Below, piece by piece: positions 23,777-37,511 of a DNA stretch of 64,000 nt. The DNA is from Amoebophrya sp. A120. Lineage: Eukaryota > Protista > Dinoflagellata. Under the pieces are notes generated by a model that saw only the letters and a program-made list of their open reading frames with translations, was not told the origin of the DNA and did no database searches. The stretch's first letter is position 1. Each line of letters starts with the position of its first letter. Location of the stretch: contig CAJINV010000020.1 of the NCBI GenBank assembly GCA_905178155.1, positions 682,001 through 746,000 on the forward strand, given 5' to 3'. A program made the translations under genes and the position numbers.

Positions 23777-26700
23777 ATGAGAGTGCAGGCGAGCAGCAAA
23801 ATCATGCGGATCTTGCGCGCACGACTTGTCGCGTCGGTCATTCTCTTTTCGATCGAAGCCGGTCCTGCTCTCCGTTTCGTCAGCAGCCTTGCCGTGCACA
23901 GCACGACAAGTTTGGATAGTACCGCCAAGCAGCCATTTGTGATATTTCCCTGGCGCGACAGCGTGCAACCGCTACCGGAGAGCTTGAAAAGCGACGGGGG
24001 AGCAGCTACAACGACTTCGGACAATGAAGCTGCGATTGATGCAGCTGCAATTGCAAAGTCTCCAACAGCCCAGACGAGAAAACGGCAGGAAGTAACTGCC
24101 TCGCAGATAGGAAACCAAGACCAGCATGATGCTTCCGCACCAGCAGAAGCACAACCAGAAGGGGTAGTTGCAGGGATCGCACATCATCAACCCTTTGCCG
24201 TTAAAAACAGCCTCACGACCGGGCAAGAAGAAGAAGTTGATGCTAGCGAGGAGGTGACAGGTCCTGAGCGAGAACGAATAGGTGTGCCGGTAAATGATGC
24301 TGATAGTGCTACAACCGCAGCGTTACGAAACGTTTTCGTACAGAAACAGGACGCAGATGAAGACGACAGCGCTCCACCACGAGTGCAACCCCAGCCTCTG
24401 CCTACTCCGACCGCTAGAACAAGTAAACACAGTGCTCCTGGGTCCTCCTCTCTTAGCTCCACGTGGTTGGGCGCCTTACTGGAGCGACTCCCGGAGCCAC
24501 GACCTCTGAATCTGCTCCGGACAACGCTGTTCAGTGAAGACGGCGAGATGAAAAATCAACAAATAGACGAAACCATTTCCGCCGCGAATCTCGGGGTGAG
24601 TCGTGGTGGACCATCTGTAGTGTCAACAACGTCTTCTCCTGCTAGTAGTACAACACCTTCGCAGAAAGAAAACGACCAAAAGATAAACAAAAAGGTAAAC
24701 CAGGGAGAACCGGCATCGGTTCTGAAGCAAAGTTCGACCCAAACAGGAAACCCCTCGCAGGAAGTGAACAAGGCCGTGGCGCGGAGCATTAAAGCGAACA
24801 CCCGACTTTCGTCGGCCGAGCGGTTCGGGCGCATCCTGGCGTTTTTTGCGATGATTTTTCACGGCACGAGCTACCTGTACATCAAGGGGCTAAAGGCCGA
24901 GGAATACCGGCAGATGGGCCTGAACACCCACCCCTTTCTGTACTACGAGCCCTACCTGATCCAGATCTACTTCTACCTCGGCTCTCTGCTCGCGAGCACT
25001 GTCAGCTTTCTGTACTTGGAAAACGTAGCGAGTGGCGGAGGAGGAGGGGGTCATGGAAGTGGACTTTCTCCCAGCATGAACCCCGGCACGACAACAGCAC
25101 CTGGAGGTGGTGGAGCGGCGACCACTCTTCCGCCGTCTTCGTGGCAGCACTTGGTGGGGAACAGAACAGCGGTTCTCGGCGAACGCAGTAGCAGTTTGTA
25201 CGGTAACATCTTCAAAAACGCGGAGTCTTCAACCTCATCCTCGTCTTCCTCGCACAATAGCGCAGGCTCTCCTACTACCGGCACGTTCATGAACAGCACT
25301 CAACCGTTTGTGTATGGTGACACAGGGACGGCGGAAGGAATGGCCTCTTACCTGATGAACGGTGGTGGCGCTGGTGCGGTCCCCGGCGCCCCGAGCTCGC
25401 ATCTTTTCCACCGGCTCGCCCTGGGCGAGCAGGAGACGCAGCTGGTGAGTTTTGTGCAGGAGAGAGAACGAGGACGTCGAGAGATGTTGGCGCACACCGC
25501 GGTGTACGCAAAAGGCGACATTTTTCCCGACGCGTTTCTCCATCCGAGCGGGATGCTGAGCGGTGCGATGGCCGCGCTGTGTATCAGCTGTGCCTTCATC
25601 ACGGTGGAGCACATTGGGGTGCCGTTAAGTACCAGTCTGGTGTCCTTGACCGCGGTTTTGGGATCGTTTTTTCTCGGTATAGGAAGAATTATGATGGGCT
25701 GGCGATGTTGAACGACATCTGTTACTTGTTGGTTTGTCATTGTATTTGTATGGTGCTGAAAAAATAGAAGTTTGTCCTCCCTGCGACGCCAGCCGTAGTT
25801 TCATTCTCCTCCTGCCCCCGGTTCTAGTCTACTAAACCCGAAGGAAGCTGCGGAAGCGAGACAACTTCCGAGATGAATCGCATGATAACTACGACTTCGA
25901 TCATCTACACCATGAGACTCAACAACACTCTGCGCCACTGTTGCCAACATACAAAACATTTACAGGCTTCAACGTGTTTGAAAACGAGGTTTGGTCCGCG
26001 AATATGGCTCTGATCGGCCTCACGCTCATTCTGCTCGGTCTTTTCGGCGTGTGCATGGCCCGCGAGCTGGGGCGGTACGTCGCTTGCTCCGAGGAAAGGT
26101 CGCCGCTGCTGCAGGTCTTTGAGCTGGACGCGTATGCAACACACAGTGCTTATTTCTGTACACAGCGTACTTCTACAAATGCATAAGAATGCATCAAGTA
26201 CACCTTTCATCCATAACCATAGAAACAAGCCGATTCTACTTGTCATGTTGTCAAGTGCAATACTTACTTCGAGCAAAGGCTTGTCCGCATGCAAGAAAAA
26301 TGCTACTGCAAGTCCTGTCCAAGTGTACGGGGAATTTGAATTTCCTTTTGATATCGCAATTTGGGAAGTGAACAATCGGCTGGAGAAGAAGGTCACCGGC
26401 ATTGTCCTTGCGGTGCTCGTATGCATTGCAAAAGTATCTTGCTAGCATGGATTGCATGACCTCAATAAAAAAGCCAGAGCCTAATGTCGTGCCATGTGAG
26501 ATTAGGTAGAGGTTGAAAAAGAAAATATAGTCTTGCCATGCACGCCTGCAATTCCTACTAATACGATAATTTTGCAGAGCATAGCTCGGCGGTCTCGCGG
26601 GTGCTTTCATGTTCGTCCCGTTTCAGAGCACGGCGTTCGCCCCTACGGTGCAGCTCGTGCAGGAAAGCACGTGGAGCATGAGCAGTTTGCAGGACGGATC

Positions 26701-27573
26701 TTTTGAGTCTGCGGCTGAGCAGGGGCAGCCCCTCACGGTCGGGAAGATTGCAACGCTGACACACCTTTTCACGTACGTTGGTTTCACGGTGTTTGTGATT
26801 AACATAACTGATAACTCTAAATTAGTAATAATGCTTGATCTGCTTCTGCCCGTAGACCTCCGAAGTAATAATGCTTGATCCACTTCTACTGGGTCTTTAC
26901 ATTGCACATGACGCTCTGGCTCTGAAGATACTAAAATTCCTATTCTAGCAGGCCGGTTTTCCCGACGTGCAGTTACGGAAGCAGAGCGACTGCAGTGTTT
27001 GTGTTTCAATGATGTTCTCATCTCAAACAAAAAAAAACCAGTTTTCTTCCCTCCTTTGCGTTTGGCGCGAGCTGCACGGGGTGTGGAATCTCGGTGCTGT
27101 ACTACCTGACGCACTGGGAGGCGTTGCGCATTGCGTGGAAGAAGCACCCCGACTTTTTCGAGGTGTTCTGTGCCGTCATTGCGGGGCTAGTTTGGCTGAT
27201 CTCCGTTTTCTTCACTCTGATCGCGATGAGCTACGTCGGTTTTACCATTGCCTGCACTTTTTTCCACTCCTGGATGCTGATCTATTCCGCCTGGAACATT
27301 CTGCTGTTCAATATCCGCAGTACATTCAACGTTCCGCGTACGTTCACACAAATGCGGTGTCTGCATGATAAAATTTGCTCGTCCATCCTATTCAGCATGA
27401 CAACTGGTGCACTCTAAGTTGGCAAAATTGGTCACGTGTTTGTGTGTACGCGTGCGGTAAATTTGTGTTGCATACCGAACGAGATCCGCGGCAAGGGCTA
27501 CTCCGTCTACTCCTTCGCGCAGCTACTCTCGCTGGTCGGATTCATGGCCCTTTGCTTGTCGATGAACAAGTAA
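23777..27573 (+). CDS. Multi-pass membrane protein, TMEM144/DMT-like, with long low-complexity N-terminus
   Basis: Hydrophobic helices AFFAMIFHGTSY, SGMLSGAMAAL..IGVPLS, GIVLAVLGGLAGAFMFVPF, AGLVW..AWNILLFNEIRGK. Two GT-AG introns (~25678-25966, ~26773-27040) and three introners; stop TAA at 27573. Confidence 0.75.
26133..26353. mobile_element. Degenerate TAT..ATA introner
   Basis: Flanks acgcg/tcgca, weak TIR; joins ..ELDA|IWEVNN.. Confidence 0.65.
26420..26583. mobile_element. TIR introner, family B-like
   Basis: Perfect DR gctcg; joins AVL|GGLAGAF. Confidence 0.9.
27312..27474. mobile_element. Degenerate TAT..ATA introner
   Basis: Flanks ttcaa/ccgaa; removing it plus 5 nt restores LFN|EIRGK. 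Confidence 0.7.
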
Positions 27574-29510
27574 GTACAAGTCGGATGCCTCAGTGTCGTC
27601 CTTGACCTAGTAGAACCTAGTGTCAGTGGAGGCAGCAGGACGATTAAGTTGCGGTGGCGCGGACAACCGCTTCGAACTGGCGGCACGACAGAGTAAGCAC
27701 AAGGGTGGAAGCGAAAGTCAAAGTGTTTGATCTGAAAACACTTAGCGAAAATTATGCTGGTCATGTGGATGTGATGTTACACCTGCTGGGTATGGTGCGT
27801 CAACGTCAATAAATATCTCAGCAGATGATTCTGCTTGAGTCTCACCTTCGTTTTAGTTTGCTGAGCTTTTCTTCTGTGACAAGGAACTCATGCGACTATT
27901 TTTGAATCTGAGCTGCCATGGCAGTGTCGAAATCGGATTCGACAAACATTCACAGATGAATCACTCTAAAGAGAAGTTGTATTCCTATTCGGCAACAAAG
28001 CAGCAGGCAGCAGACTCATTCTGTCGAGTATTGCTATTCAGGCGTTGGATGAAAAAAACTGGGTTAGGAGCAGGTATCGTATTCATACATCCTCGAACAA
28101 CCTCTCCCTCTAGGGGAAGCGGAGTTGCTCTACAGTGCCCGAACATGATCTGCGGTAAGAACGCTGAGGGCGATAATTAAAAAGTAGGCATTTCTCCTGC
28201 TTCTCCGAACTGTGCCTGCGACTGGTCTCTGTGTGCCAGAACTCGCAGGAAGCTACATAATTTTTTTTCCGGGTTTACTTACTTCAGATGGCGTTTCCTT
28301 TTCATTTTTCTCTTCCTTCTAGTCTATAAGAACTCGACGAGTGACACAAAATTACTCCTCTTCCACCGGTCTTCTGAGAACTTACAGGCTATTCCTATTC
28401 GATTAGCTTGTTTACACCTAACGATAACAACCACAGCGGTGCTCCTGCTGGGTAGTGTGATTTGTCTGCTTCTCGAGGTCGTTTAGCACACGCCATCCTT
28501 TCTCTCACCGCTACTGGCTTGATGTCCTGGCTGCTGCCACGAACTGCACGCACTCTTTTCGGAACAGCTACCTCAATAACGAATCGTCGATGCAAAAAGT
28601 ACTCTACTGAAACAAATAGAACTTGATCTAACTGCTACTTTCTACTTTGCTTTTAGGTTCGAACGACGAGTCTCTTTGGTTGTTTGGATTATGATGTTTA
28701 CCGACGGAGATTATGAACAAAAACGACGATGATCATACTACCTGGCAGCGGCCGATGAAACTTTTCCGAACGAAAGCCTTGAACTTCGTTTTTATCTTGT
28801 CCCTACTACAATGAGTATTAAGTCCGGTCTGGTACTACGACAGCGACCAAAAAACATGAGTCAGTGGCTGCTACCCGCTAACGGTTTTGCGGTCACCGCC
28901 ACGCGTGAGCATGTGTTTTCTTCAGAAGCATGATAGGGTACTGATAGACATCGATTTTGCATGAGTTTTTCAATCATGTTGTACTGATTTGCAGTTCCAG
29001 TTTCGTTTCAGTTTGGTCGTGATACTCGTTCACTTATGTTGCGTCTTTCTCGTTTTCGTTTTCCTCGTTGACTTTGACTTTGTCACAATGGCACCACGGG
29101 ACACCTGGGGCCGATGAAACGTACAGATCGTTACAGATGAACTGTTATTTCGTACACCAAGGTCTTCATGCTCTGGCCGTACTTCCGTCCATCTATGCCC
29201 TCAAATCGCGTTCGTTCTCGTGTGTGATGCCGTTCTGCAAAGTAATGTAGTAGTCAGATCCAAGTGATTCTTCTTACTGATCTCCAAACACCGGTGACCA
29301 ACATTCGTTGTTCTTTATTACTCGTCCTATCTCACGGCTGTCCTGATGTGATTCCTCTACTCAGATTCGAGCTACATACTAAGCGAGTATCCCTCGGATA
29401 AAATATAAATCATTCCATTGAAAACGATTTCAAAAGAACACTTCGACAAATTTTTGGTAAGTATTCGTCGCCCGATACAAACAACCAAGCTGGCTCAAGC
29501 CAATAAAAAC

Positions 29511-32500
29511 ATGAATTACCGCATCCCCTCTTTCGAAGCGCACAAGTTCGACCCGAACCATTTGGCCGGGCTGAGCAATGAGGCGCTGGACAAGTTGCGG
29601 GAGCGCGACTTTATCCGTGCGGTCCGGGATTTTGACCACCACAGCAACAAAGTCGGGCTGAAGGATTACCACCTGAAGCCGAAAGAGCAGTTCAAGCGGA
29701 CTTCGGACGATATCGGCGACTTTTACACGACGACCGGCGGAACCACGGTTTTAAAGTACACACCGAAGGTGGGCGGCGTTCGGATTCACGACGAGCAGCA
29801 GCTGACCCACCCAAATAGCTTGGGGAACCAAGAACAGTTCCGCGAGTCGGGGAGCAGTAAGATGTACGACTTTTCGCACCGAAAAGACTACGATTTCCGT
29901 CCCTCGGTCAGGGAGCGGTTCTACACGACCCGGTGCGACACGGGCCGCGCGACCTCCGCGCCAAGGTGGATCCGCAGGAAAGATATCGACGTGTTACAGC
30001 AGTACCGAAAAATGGGGCCCGCCGGGCTGTCCCGTGCGGCGTACTTACACGAGGGGGAGGAGAGCGAGCCATTGGAGGTGGGCCACGACGCGCTCTTCGG
30101 GGTCAGCGTCCACAAAAAGGACAGCTCCTTGAAAATGGAGCGCCGGAAAAACAGCCCGGGAGTTGCTGGGAGCAATAGAAATACTAACAAGGGAGGTGGA
30201 CGAGGTGGACCACGAGGATCCCCGTTGTACTATCAAGGTGAGCAAAATGACACCACAAGTCTTCAGAAGAAGAACGTGATCGCTAACAAATCGCACCCGG
30301 ACCACCTGAACGCCATTATGGAAGTCGAGCGGCGAACCACGCGGGGCGACCACAAGCACACCGAGGCGCACGGTGCGTTCTCCTCGCACAAACACCACGT
30401 AGCGCACGCGGGGATCAAGCCCGCGGGCTTCCACGCGCAGCACGAGCAGCGGATGCGCGGGCGCAGCACCGAGGGCCACGTGATGTACAGCAATTCGGAG
30501 AACGTGAAACGCTTGATGTCAACCCCCACGGACCTGGAAATCCAGGCACTGCAGAACAGCCGTCCGAAGCGGCTCATGCTCCCCCCGGCGCAGTTCGCGA
30601 CGCCCTGCGACCGGAGCGGGGGCCGCAAGGACCGGTTCGACATCGACCAGGTCGCCCGGAAGGCCCGGTATGCATTGCAAATATGCCTGGGTCTGGAAAC
30701 TTGTGATGCAAGTCCGCGAACAATAAGTGCTCTGTAATGCGCCGCCAAGCATGACAAGTTTTTGCGTGCTTCTGTGATGCGTATTTCGCATGAGAAACTG
30801 CGCTTTTGCATGACCGGCAAGACGACCTCTTGGTGGCCGCGCAATACAGATTGCAGAGTCATGCCAGACTAGCATGACAATCTTCCAGACCCAGACATTT
30901 TTGCATCTGATACCCGGTGGGCCAGCCCGATCGGCCGGACGTCGCAGGGCGGGGCGGAAATTCTCCAGTTCCACCCTAAAGGGTTCACGGAGGTTGATGA
31001 AGCGGCTTTTGAGAAACAAGAGTCGAAGCTGGAACGGTCCCGGTCCGCGCCGCCCGGGATGCTCGTGCACGGAAAGGGGAAACGCCTGATGAAGGAGCGG
31101 GCACACACGACGTACGACAGCAGCAACGTGCTGAAGGTGCTGGTTCCGCCAAACAAGGAGGACGACAACGACCCGATACCGGAGGTCTTCGGGTTCGACG
31201 AGCTGATCACGTTCCACCCCAACCGCTTGGCCGGCCAGGCGAAGCGGGTGAACAGCGACGTGATGATCGACTGTCTGCGGTCACCGGACGCGGACTTCGC
31301 CTGGAACACCTATTCGAAATCGGGGTTGCGTTGCCGCGTGGCCGACGCGCACAAGGGGTGGCACTTGAAGAAAGAGAAGGACTCGGAACACGACAACGTC
31401 GACTATTACCGAAAGCTCCACCGGGCAGGGGACAAAAACTTTGACGCGATTCGCGGGAAAAAACACTTCCCGTACGAGCAAAAGGATGAGGTCACGTTTC
31501 ACATGGTGGAAGAGGAGAAGGGAAATGATGCAACTCAAGAACGGGGAGGACCAGTGGAATCGTATCAAGTAACTGCGCTCCCGAATTACCTTGAAGATGC
31601 GTCGTCTGCTCAGGTGGGTTTAGCTGGTGCAGAAGGGAAGGAGGAGATGGGCATGAAAGGAGAAGGACCTCCCGCAAGGGCGAGTCCAGTTTCGAAGAAT
31701 AAGCAGAAGGGAGCCAAGAGGTCTGCTAAAGTCTCTACGTCTCAGTACACCGAAGACGACATCATAGCAGCCTCGCCCTATCGTGCCTCCTCGATCATCA
31801 GTCAGGTGCCAGAGGAAGAGATGCAGATTCAGGGAGCTGGTGGCAATAAAAGTAAACCAGGTGGCGCAGCCACCAGAGCCTCAAATAAATCGAACGGGCG
31901 GAGCAAGTCGAAAAACAAAAACGGCACGAATTCATCCCCGCAGAGGAGGAGCAAAACCGAGGTGAAGCGGCAGGCGCCGGCTTTTCGAGCGGCGTCGATT
32001 ATCAATCAGGTGCCCGAAGAAGAGATTGTGATGGATAGCGTCAGGCTGTCATCTGCTTCTAGAGGTGGTTCTGGGGTAGAAGATTCTGCGAAGAGGGGTA
32101 AAAAAGACGCGCAGAGAGATGCACAACCAAAGCTGCGGCAAGGCCAAAATAGAACCTCGAATAAGCCAAGACCTTCATCCGGTATAGACAGCTACGTCGA
32201 CAACCTCAAGAAGCCCGCGAGTGAGGTGATTGCACAGCAAAAGGCAGCCAAGAGCAAAAAGGATAAAGGTTCATCGAGAGGAGCAAACGCAGAAAGGGAC
32301 TGGGCCACTGTCGCGGAACACCGCAGGAGTGTGCAGGAAGGGAGACTACTGCAGCAAGCTGCAGCTATCAAATGCAAATGTGCCTAGGGGGTAGGGTAGG
32401 CCCAAAGCTTTTGGGTCGATAAAAATACAGCTTTTTTTGCATTTTTGGCATACTTGCTTCAACAAAATTGCAGAGCTTTTGCCCCATTTGCACAGTCCAT

Positions 32501-33981
32501 ATGTATCCACTTATTGCGCCACGGCTTCGTCTGCGCTTTCTTTGTTTTGTGCGCGTGCTATGTGGCTCTTCAATTTTGTGCTGCGCGTTGAAGATGCTGC
32601 GCCGCTAGTCATCTCGCCATGAAGAAGTCCACGGGGGGGCCGTTGTCGGGGGCAGGCCGCCGCCTGCTGCTGCAGCGCTTTTCTCAGCGGCAACGGGCCA
32701 AAAAGTTCTGGGCCCGTTGCTGCAAGTGGGATCTGGAGCAAATTTCTCGGCGTAGCCCGAAAGGCCCGCCCGAAACCCCAATCGCGATGATTTGTCTGCA
32801 AAGGTTTACACTTAGTTGCGAACAAATTCACAGTCGTGCCATGGCCTTTTGCGAGTACGCAGCAGCGTGCGTACTCGCTCCTCACCCATGGCCTTGGGCC
32901 TTTTTCATCGCAGCGCGGCGCTTCCAGGCACCTTCGTCGAAACTGCTTGTGCGTCTTCGGCATCCGCTTCTCATTTGTGGAAGGATGTTTTCTCTTGTCC
33001 GGTGCGTCTTCGGCACCAGCTTCGGCACCAGCTTCGGCACCAACTTCGGCACCAGCTTCGCCACCAACCTCAACACCGGCTTTTTTCCACCTTCTCGCTA
33101 ATTTTTTCTGTGTTTATCCTACCCCCTAGGCACATTTGCACAGGATAGCCCTAGGCACATTTGCACATTTGCACGTGCAGGAACAGAGACTACTGCAGCA
33201 AGCTGCAGCAACGGCAGAACCAATGGCAATGCAGCAGCGCGCGTCGGCGGCGGAGGCAATGGCAGCAGGAGCAGGTGCTCACGAGCCTGTAATTCCACCA
33301 GCGACCACGATTGGCCACCGCGGGGACGGAAGGTACTGAAATCAATGTTTCCTTTGGAAGGTGCAACTGATTTTTGAACTCAACTAGGTTCTTCGTCTTC
33401 TGGAACGAGATTGGGATTAATTTGAGTATTCTTGCGGAACATCAATATGACAAATCCAATCAAGATGTTAGTAGATGTTCGCTTGCTGGCACATTCGTAC
33501 TGATCATTTGTCCAGCCAAACAGCCATCAATTTCCTATTTATTATCCCTTCCCACCTCAGCCACTTCGACGCTTCCCAGCGGCAGGCCCCGCACGTGTTT
33601 CCTTTCAACACCGTTCACACCCACCAGCGGGGCCCCAACCACGGGCACAACAAGCGACAGACCCGGCTGTCGCGGACCGCGCGAAACGTGCCGCAGTTTC
33701 AACACATCTGGCACAACGAGATGCTGCACAACCGAAACGACCTGCAGGCGACGCGGTTCATTCGCTCGAACTTTCAGACCGAGTCCAACCGCGTGGGCGC
33801 CGGGCGCGTGGACCCGCCGTTTGCCCCGGGTAGTGCGGACCACTACCGACAGCACAAGCGGATCCTGATCGCCATGGACCCCTCGAGGTTGCACGGCGAA
33901 GACCCCATCACCTGGAAAACGGACAACACCCGGGAGGGGCTTTTTGACGCAAAAAGCGGGGATGAGTATGATTTTTTGTAG
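29511..33981 (+). CDS. Large hydrophilic hypothetical protein, 4 exons
   Basis: ORFs 29511-30668, 30918-32365, ~33210-33332 and 33561-33981 join in frame across two introners and one GT-AG intron (GGA AG|gtactg..ctcag|C CAC). No family recognised. Confidence 0.7.
30669..30912. mobile_element. TIR introner, family A
   Basis: Perfect DR cccgg; joins ARKAR|WASPIG. Confidence 0.92.
32366..33147. mobile_element. Long (782 bp) TIR introner with internal cargo
   Basis: TIR tatcaaatgcaaatgtgcctagggggtagg / cctaccccctaggcacatttgcacaggata; internal 12-bp tandem repeats at ~33009-33075; followed by TIR fragments and a 35-bp exon duplication. Confidence 0.85.
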
Positions 33982-36107
33982 GGAAAACACAGGCGGACGC
34001 ATTCGTTCAATCATCGTGAACGTAAAGCTAAAGATTTCATCGCTAGTCGTCTGCTGCTGTTTGGTGTATGCGTCACCGAAGAAATGGAAAGTATTACGAG
34101 AGGACTACCCAAGATCAAGAAGATGAACATCAATGCTTTTTCAGAATTTTGATTTTGATTTTGCCTATCACCCAGGCGCCTGCAGGCGCTTTGTTTCTTA
34201 GTTTTTGGTCATCTACTACACCCATCTACTTCAGTATCAGTACATACCCTCAGAAGTTGTCCGAATACCCTTCGGCAGATGCGGATGTCAAATATTTGTT
34301 TCTTTTTTGCTGTCGGATGACTTGAGTACTCTACCTTGAGTTTCGGAAAATGGAGCCACGACTTTCGATCACATTGTCCGCCTGCGGTACTTTTGCTCAG
34401 CGGTTTCGTTGATCAGCAACATGCACGTCATTGTTCTACTAGTACTCGTCGCTGCATATTCTGGAAAAGGCCCAAGCACAAACTATGACCGAGTGCGTTG
34501 TGCTATGCGCTTCCATCGTAGAAGAAAGTGACGCTGGTCGTTGGCGACGGAAGTAAAAAAATCGGTGACCACTTGCATCCGCTTTTCTTTGATGATCCCA
34601 AGTTCTTCTTGCACTAGATCCTGATGTACGCTCAATGTCAGCAGCGCCCAAAGTCTCCTTGAAAATAAAGGCAACGCAACATTATAGTGTGATTCTTGTT
34701 TCCCCTCGACAAGTTCAAGTTTTTTTTCCTGTGGAATTCGGTGACGTCAGAATCAAAGTAGGTGTTTGTGGGTTGCGGCGATCATGTTTGTACCATTTAG
34801 AAAGTCCACCGACCTGCGGATGAGCCAGAGCTGAGCATTAGATAGGATATGTTTGCACGACTTACAGGAGCATTACTTTTGCTAAAAAGGAGGATATAGA
34901 ATCTTTGATCTTTGCCATTGGCATTGCAATGGTTCCTGTTTTCTCCTGGTTCTAGACTCCACACTTTTTTCATCATAGTCGGAATGTTGACCGCCTCCCC
35001 CGTTCGTTCTGGCGTGCTTCCACGCGAAGTAGTCTTCTCGCTGGTGAAGGGAACGCAAGGCAGACAAAACCACTGCTATGGGATTGCCGCGCCGCGAGCG
35101 TTTAAACACCTGCAATTTTCCTATTGGGGACGGCATGCAAGGGAAAGGCAGTTCCGTATAGACGCTAGTTTTTTTTTTCATACCAAAATTTTTGCGGTAG
35201 GCCAATGTATAGATAGAGATACGATTTGTGTCGATAGGGTCTCTACATGATAAATGTTGATGTAGCAACCCAACCCCCGCAAAAAGAAAAATCTTCATTT
35301 TCCTGTACGCAACTCCGAGTCGTTGTCGTAATCAACCTCCAGGAACCTATTGGATCAGCAGAATAAATCCGGCCTGCCGGGAGTACGGACTGCCCTATTC
35401 GAGGATGATTCTCGGCATGCGGCGCGCGAATGTGCACCTGAATCGGAAAATGTTGGCGACGCTTGTGGAGTCGGAGCCGGTTTCTTTCAAGTGCCTCGTC
35501 GACGAGGCAAAACGACTCGTCTATGATCGCGACCCGAATGCAAAAGTGCGCAAACTCGCCCAGTTTTAGATAGAAGACGGGCTACTTTTTTGCAATCAGC
35601 CTGCTTGTATATTCCTGAACGAAATCAACATGGACCACAGAAAAGTTACAGGTGTCGTGAAACGAATGAGGTATAATTAGAGGTACACGACATTCACCAT
35701 GTTGCAAGCGCAATGTCATTCATTTATTCGGAAGATTCACCGTTTCTCTCGAACAGCATAGGCGATCGAAAGGTAGTACCCAGAGGAAATGTCGGATCTG
35801 GGAGCTGTTCCCCTCAGTTCTTGTTCTGCTGCTGATTGCCATTGAGTAGAAGATTAGCAGAGACCATTTCAACAGAGACAGAAAGGATTAAACGAGAAGT
35901 TACTTCTCACTCTTCAGCTGCAGTTTTTCGTTTTTGAGTCGCGATCGGAAGTTGATGTGAGAAGCAATTTTTTTGAAACTTGTTCTCCGAGGACTACCCC
36001 GAGTCAAAAGTACCTGTGCAAGATGCAGATATAGTTAGATTGCTTGCTTTGTCAGGTTTCGCAGTAGAAGAATTCGCGATCATACATACCTCTAACGTTG
36101 TTGCAAA

Positions 36108-36591
36108 ATGACCTCCGTACCGGGCTTCATAAGGATAGTGACTCCGGACGGGCAGGAGTTTATTGCTGACGAGAAGATATTAGACCAGTGCGACGTGCTC
36201 AAGCGACAGATTGCGAAAGAGGCGGTCGAAGAAGGAACGACAAAAGTACTTTTTTCCATTGTCCCGTCTGATTTGATTCGCATAATATCCAGCTGGGTTT
36301 TCTTTTTCGTTTTCCTTGCCATGTGATGCATGCATTGCAAATCCGATACAACTCTTTAATACTGTTATTGCAAAAACAAGTCCCAATAAATTTCCAAAAC
36401 AAAAAAAGACCATCTACATGAAGAGCGAATGGTGTCTGGTAACGGGGAAGATCATGCAAAAGGTGCTGGAGTACCTGTATTACCGATATAGACACACGGA
36501 CTCCAAGGAACCCATACCCGAATTTTTTATCGAAGACGATCTGGTGCTGGAGCTGCTGCCAGTAGCGAACCTGCTCGGGTTGAACTACTGA
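36108..36591 (+). CDS. ELOC: Elongin C (SKP1/BTB fold)
   Basis: IVTPDGQEF, KVLEYLYYRYRH..IPEFFIE..VLELLPVANLL; GT-AG intron 36246-36408. Confidence 0.85.
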
Positions 36592-37511
36592 TGAACACCG
36601 ATGAAAATGTTGATCCGATATAAAGAAAACGACTACGACTGCCTGCGACACATTACGCTCCACACATGAGTACATTTACGAACAATCACGACACTTCTTG
36701 GAGGACTTGAGCTATTCCGCCCTGGCGCAAAAGGCGCAGACGCAATTTCGCGGATAGAAGTCAAGCATTCCGATAAATGAATAGCTCGAAAGCAAAGCAC
36801 TAAATGGCCAAACTAACAAAAAGAGGGTTCTTCGCCACGCGTACAAAGAGGTTCTTGCAGTTAGTGCCTCAGCATTCCTGCGGAGAAGTTTTTACCGCCA
36901 GCACGAGCGCCAAGATTATATATGCCAAAATTGCTCTTGCTCTAGGGTAGGTACGCGTACGGCCAATGCTTGTGCCGAAATGTTGAGAGCTCAAATTGAT
37001 CTAAAACGAGAAGGAAAACGAAGCAAGACGGAAGTCGGTTTTCATCGACAATGAAGAAAACTATGTACGGCACCTTCATACAAGTACGACCACGAGGCGA
37101 ATTCGACAAATCACCTCCTATTTCAGTGATGACAATGACAAAGAAGAAAATATGGTTTACCACATGTAGAGTTTTAAAAAGCTTTTACATAAGCGTTACC
37201 GTTACCGCAAGTCCTTACGCTCCTTCTTCATAAGCGAAAAATAATGACGAAAATAAAGCGGCGACAGTCTACTTCGCTCACACATCTTCGCGATGTAGTT
37301 GCCAACTACATGAAGGCCGCTCCTTCCAAGAAGTGAGAGATTTGCGGCCGGTGGGCGAGGTGTATTTATGACCACCTTGTTCCTTCCCTGAACGATCGAC
37401 CGCTTTTCCTTGATCTGCGGCTCCTCTTCCATCACATCGATCATACCAAATTGTACACGTCCTCCTGCCCCAAACCCCCGGAACGCGTAGAGCAGCTCCA
37501 CGACCGCCAAG

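Noticed and set aside
33009-33075. Regular short repeats as a CRISPR array
   Set aside because: They are 12-bp tandem units without spacers; no cas genes, and the context is eukaryotic.
34440-35720. Coding-like fragments with stops (possible pseudogene or retroelement relic); similar patches at 12690-13400, 46500-46840 and 52360-52800
   Set aside because: No recognisable domain motif. A translated homology search would be needed.
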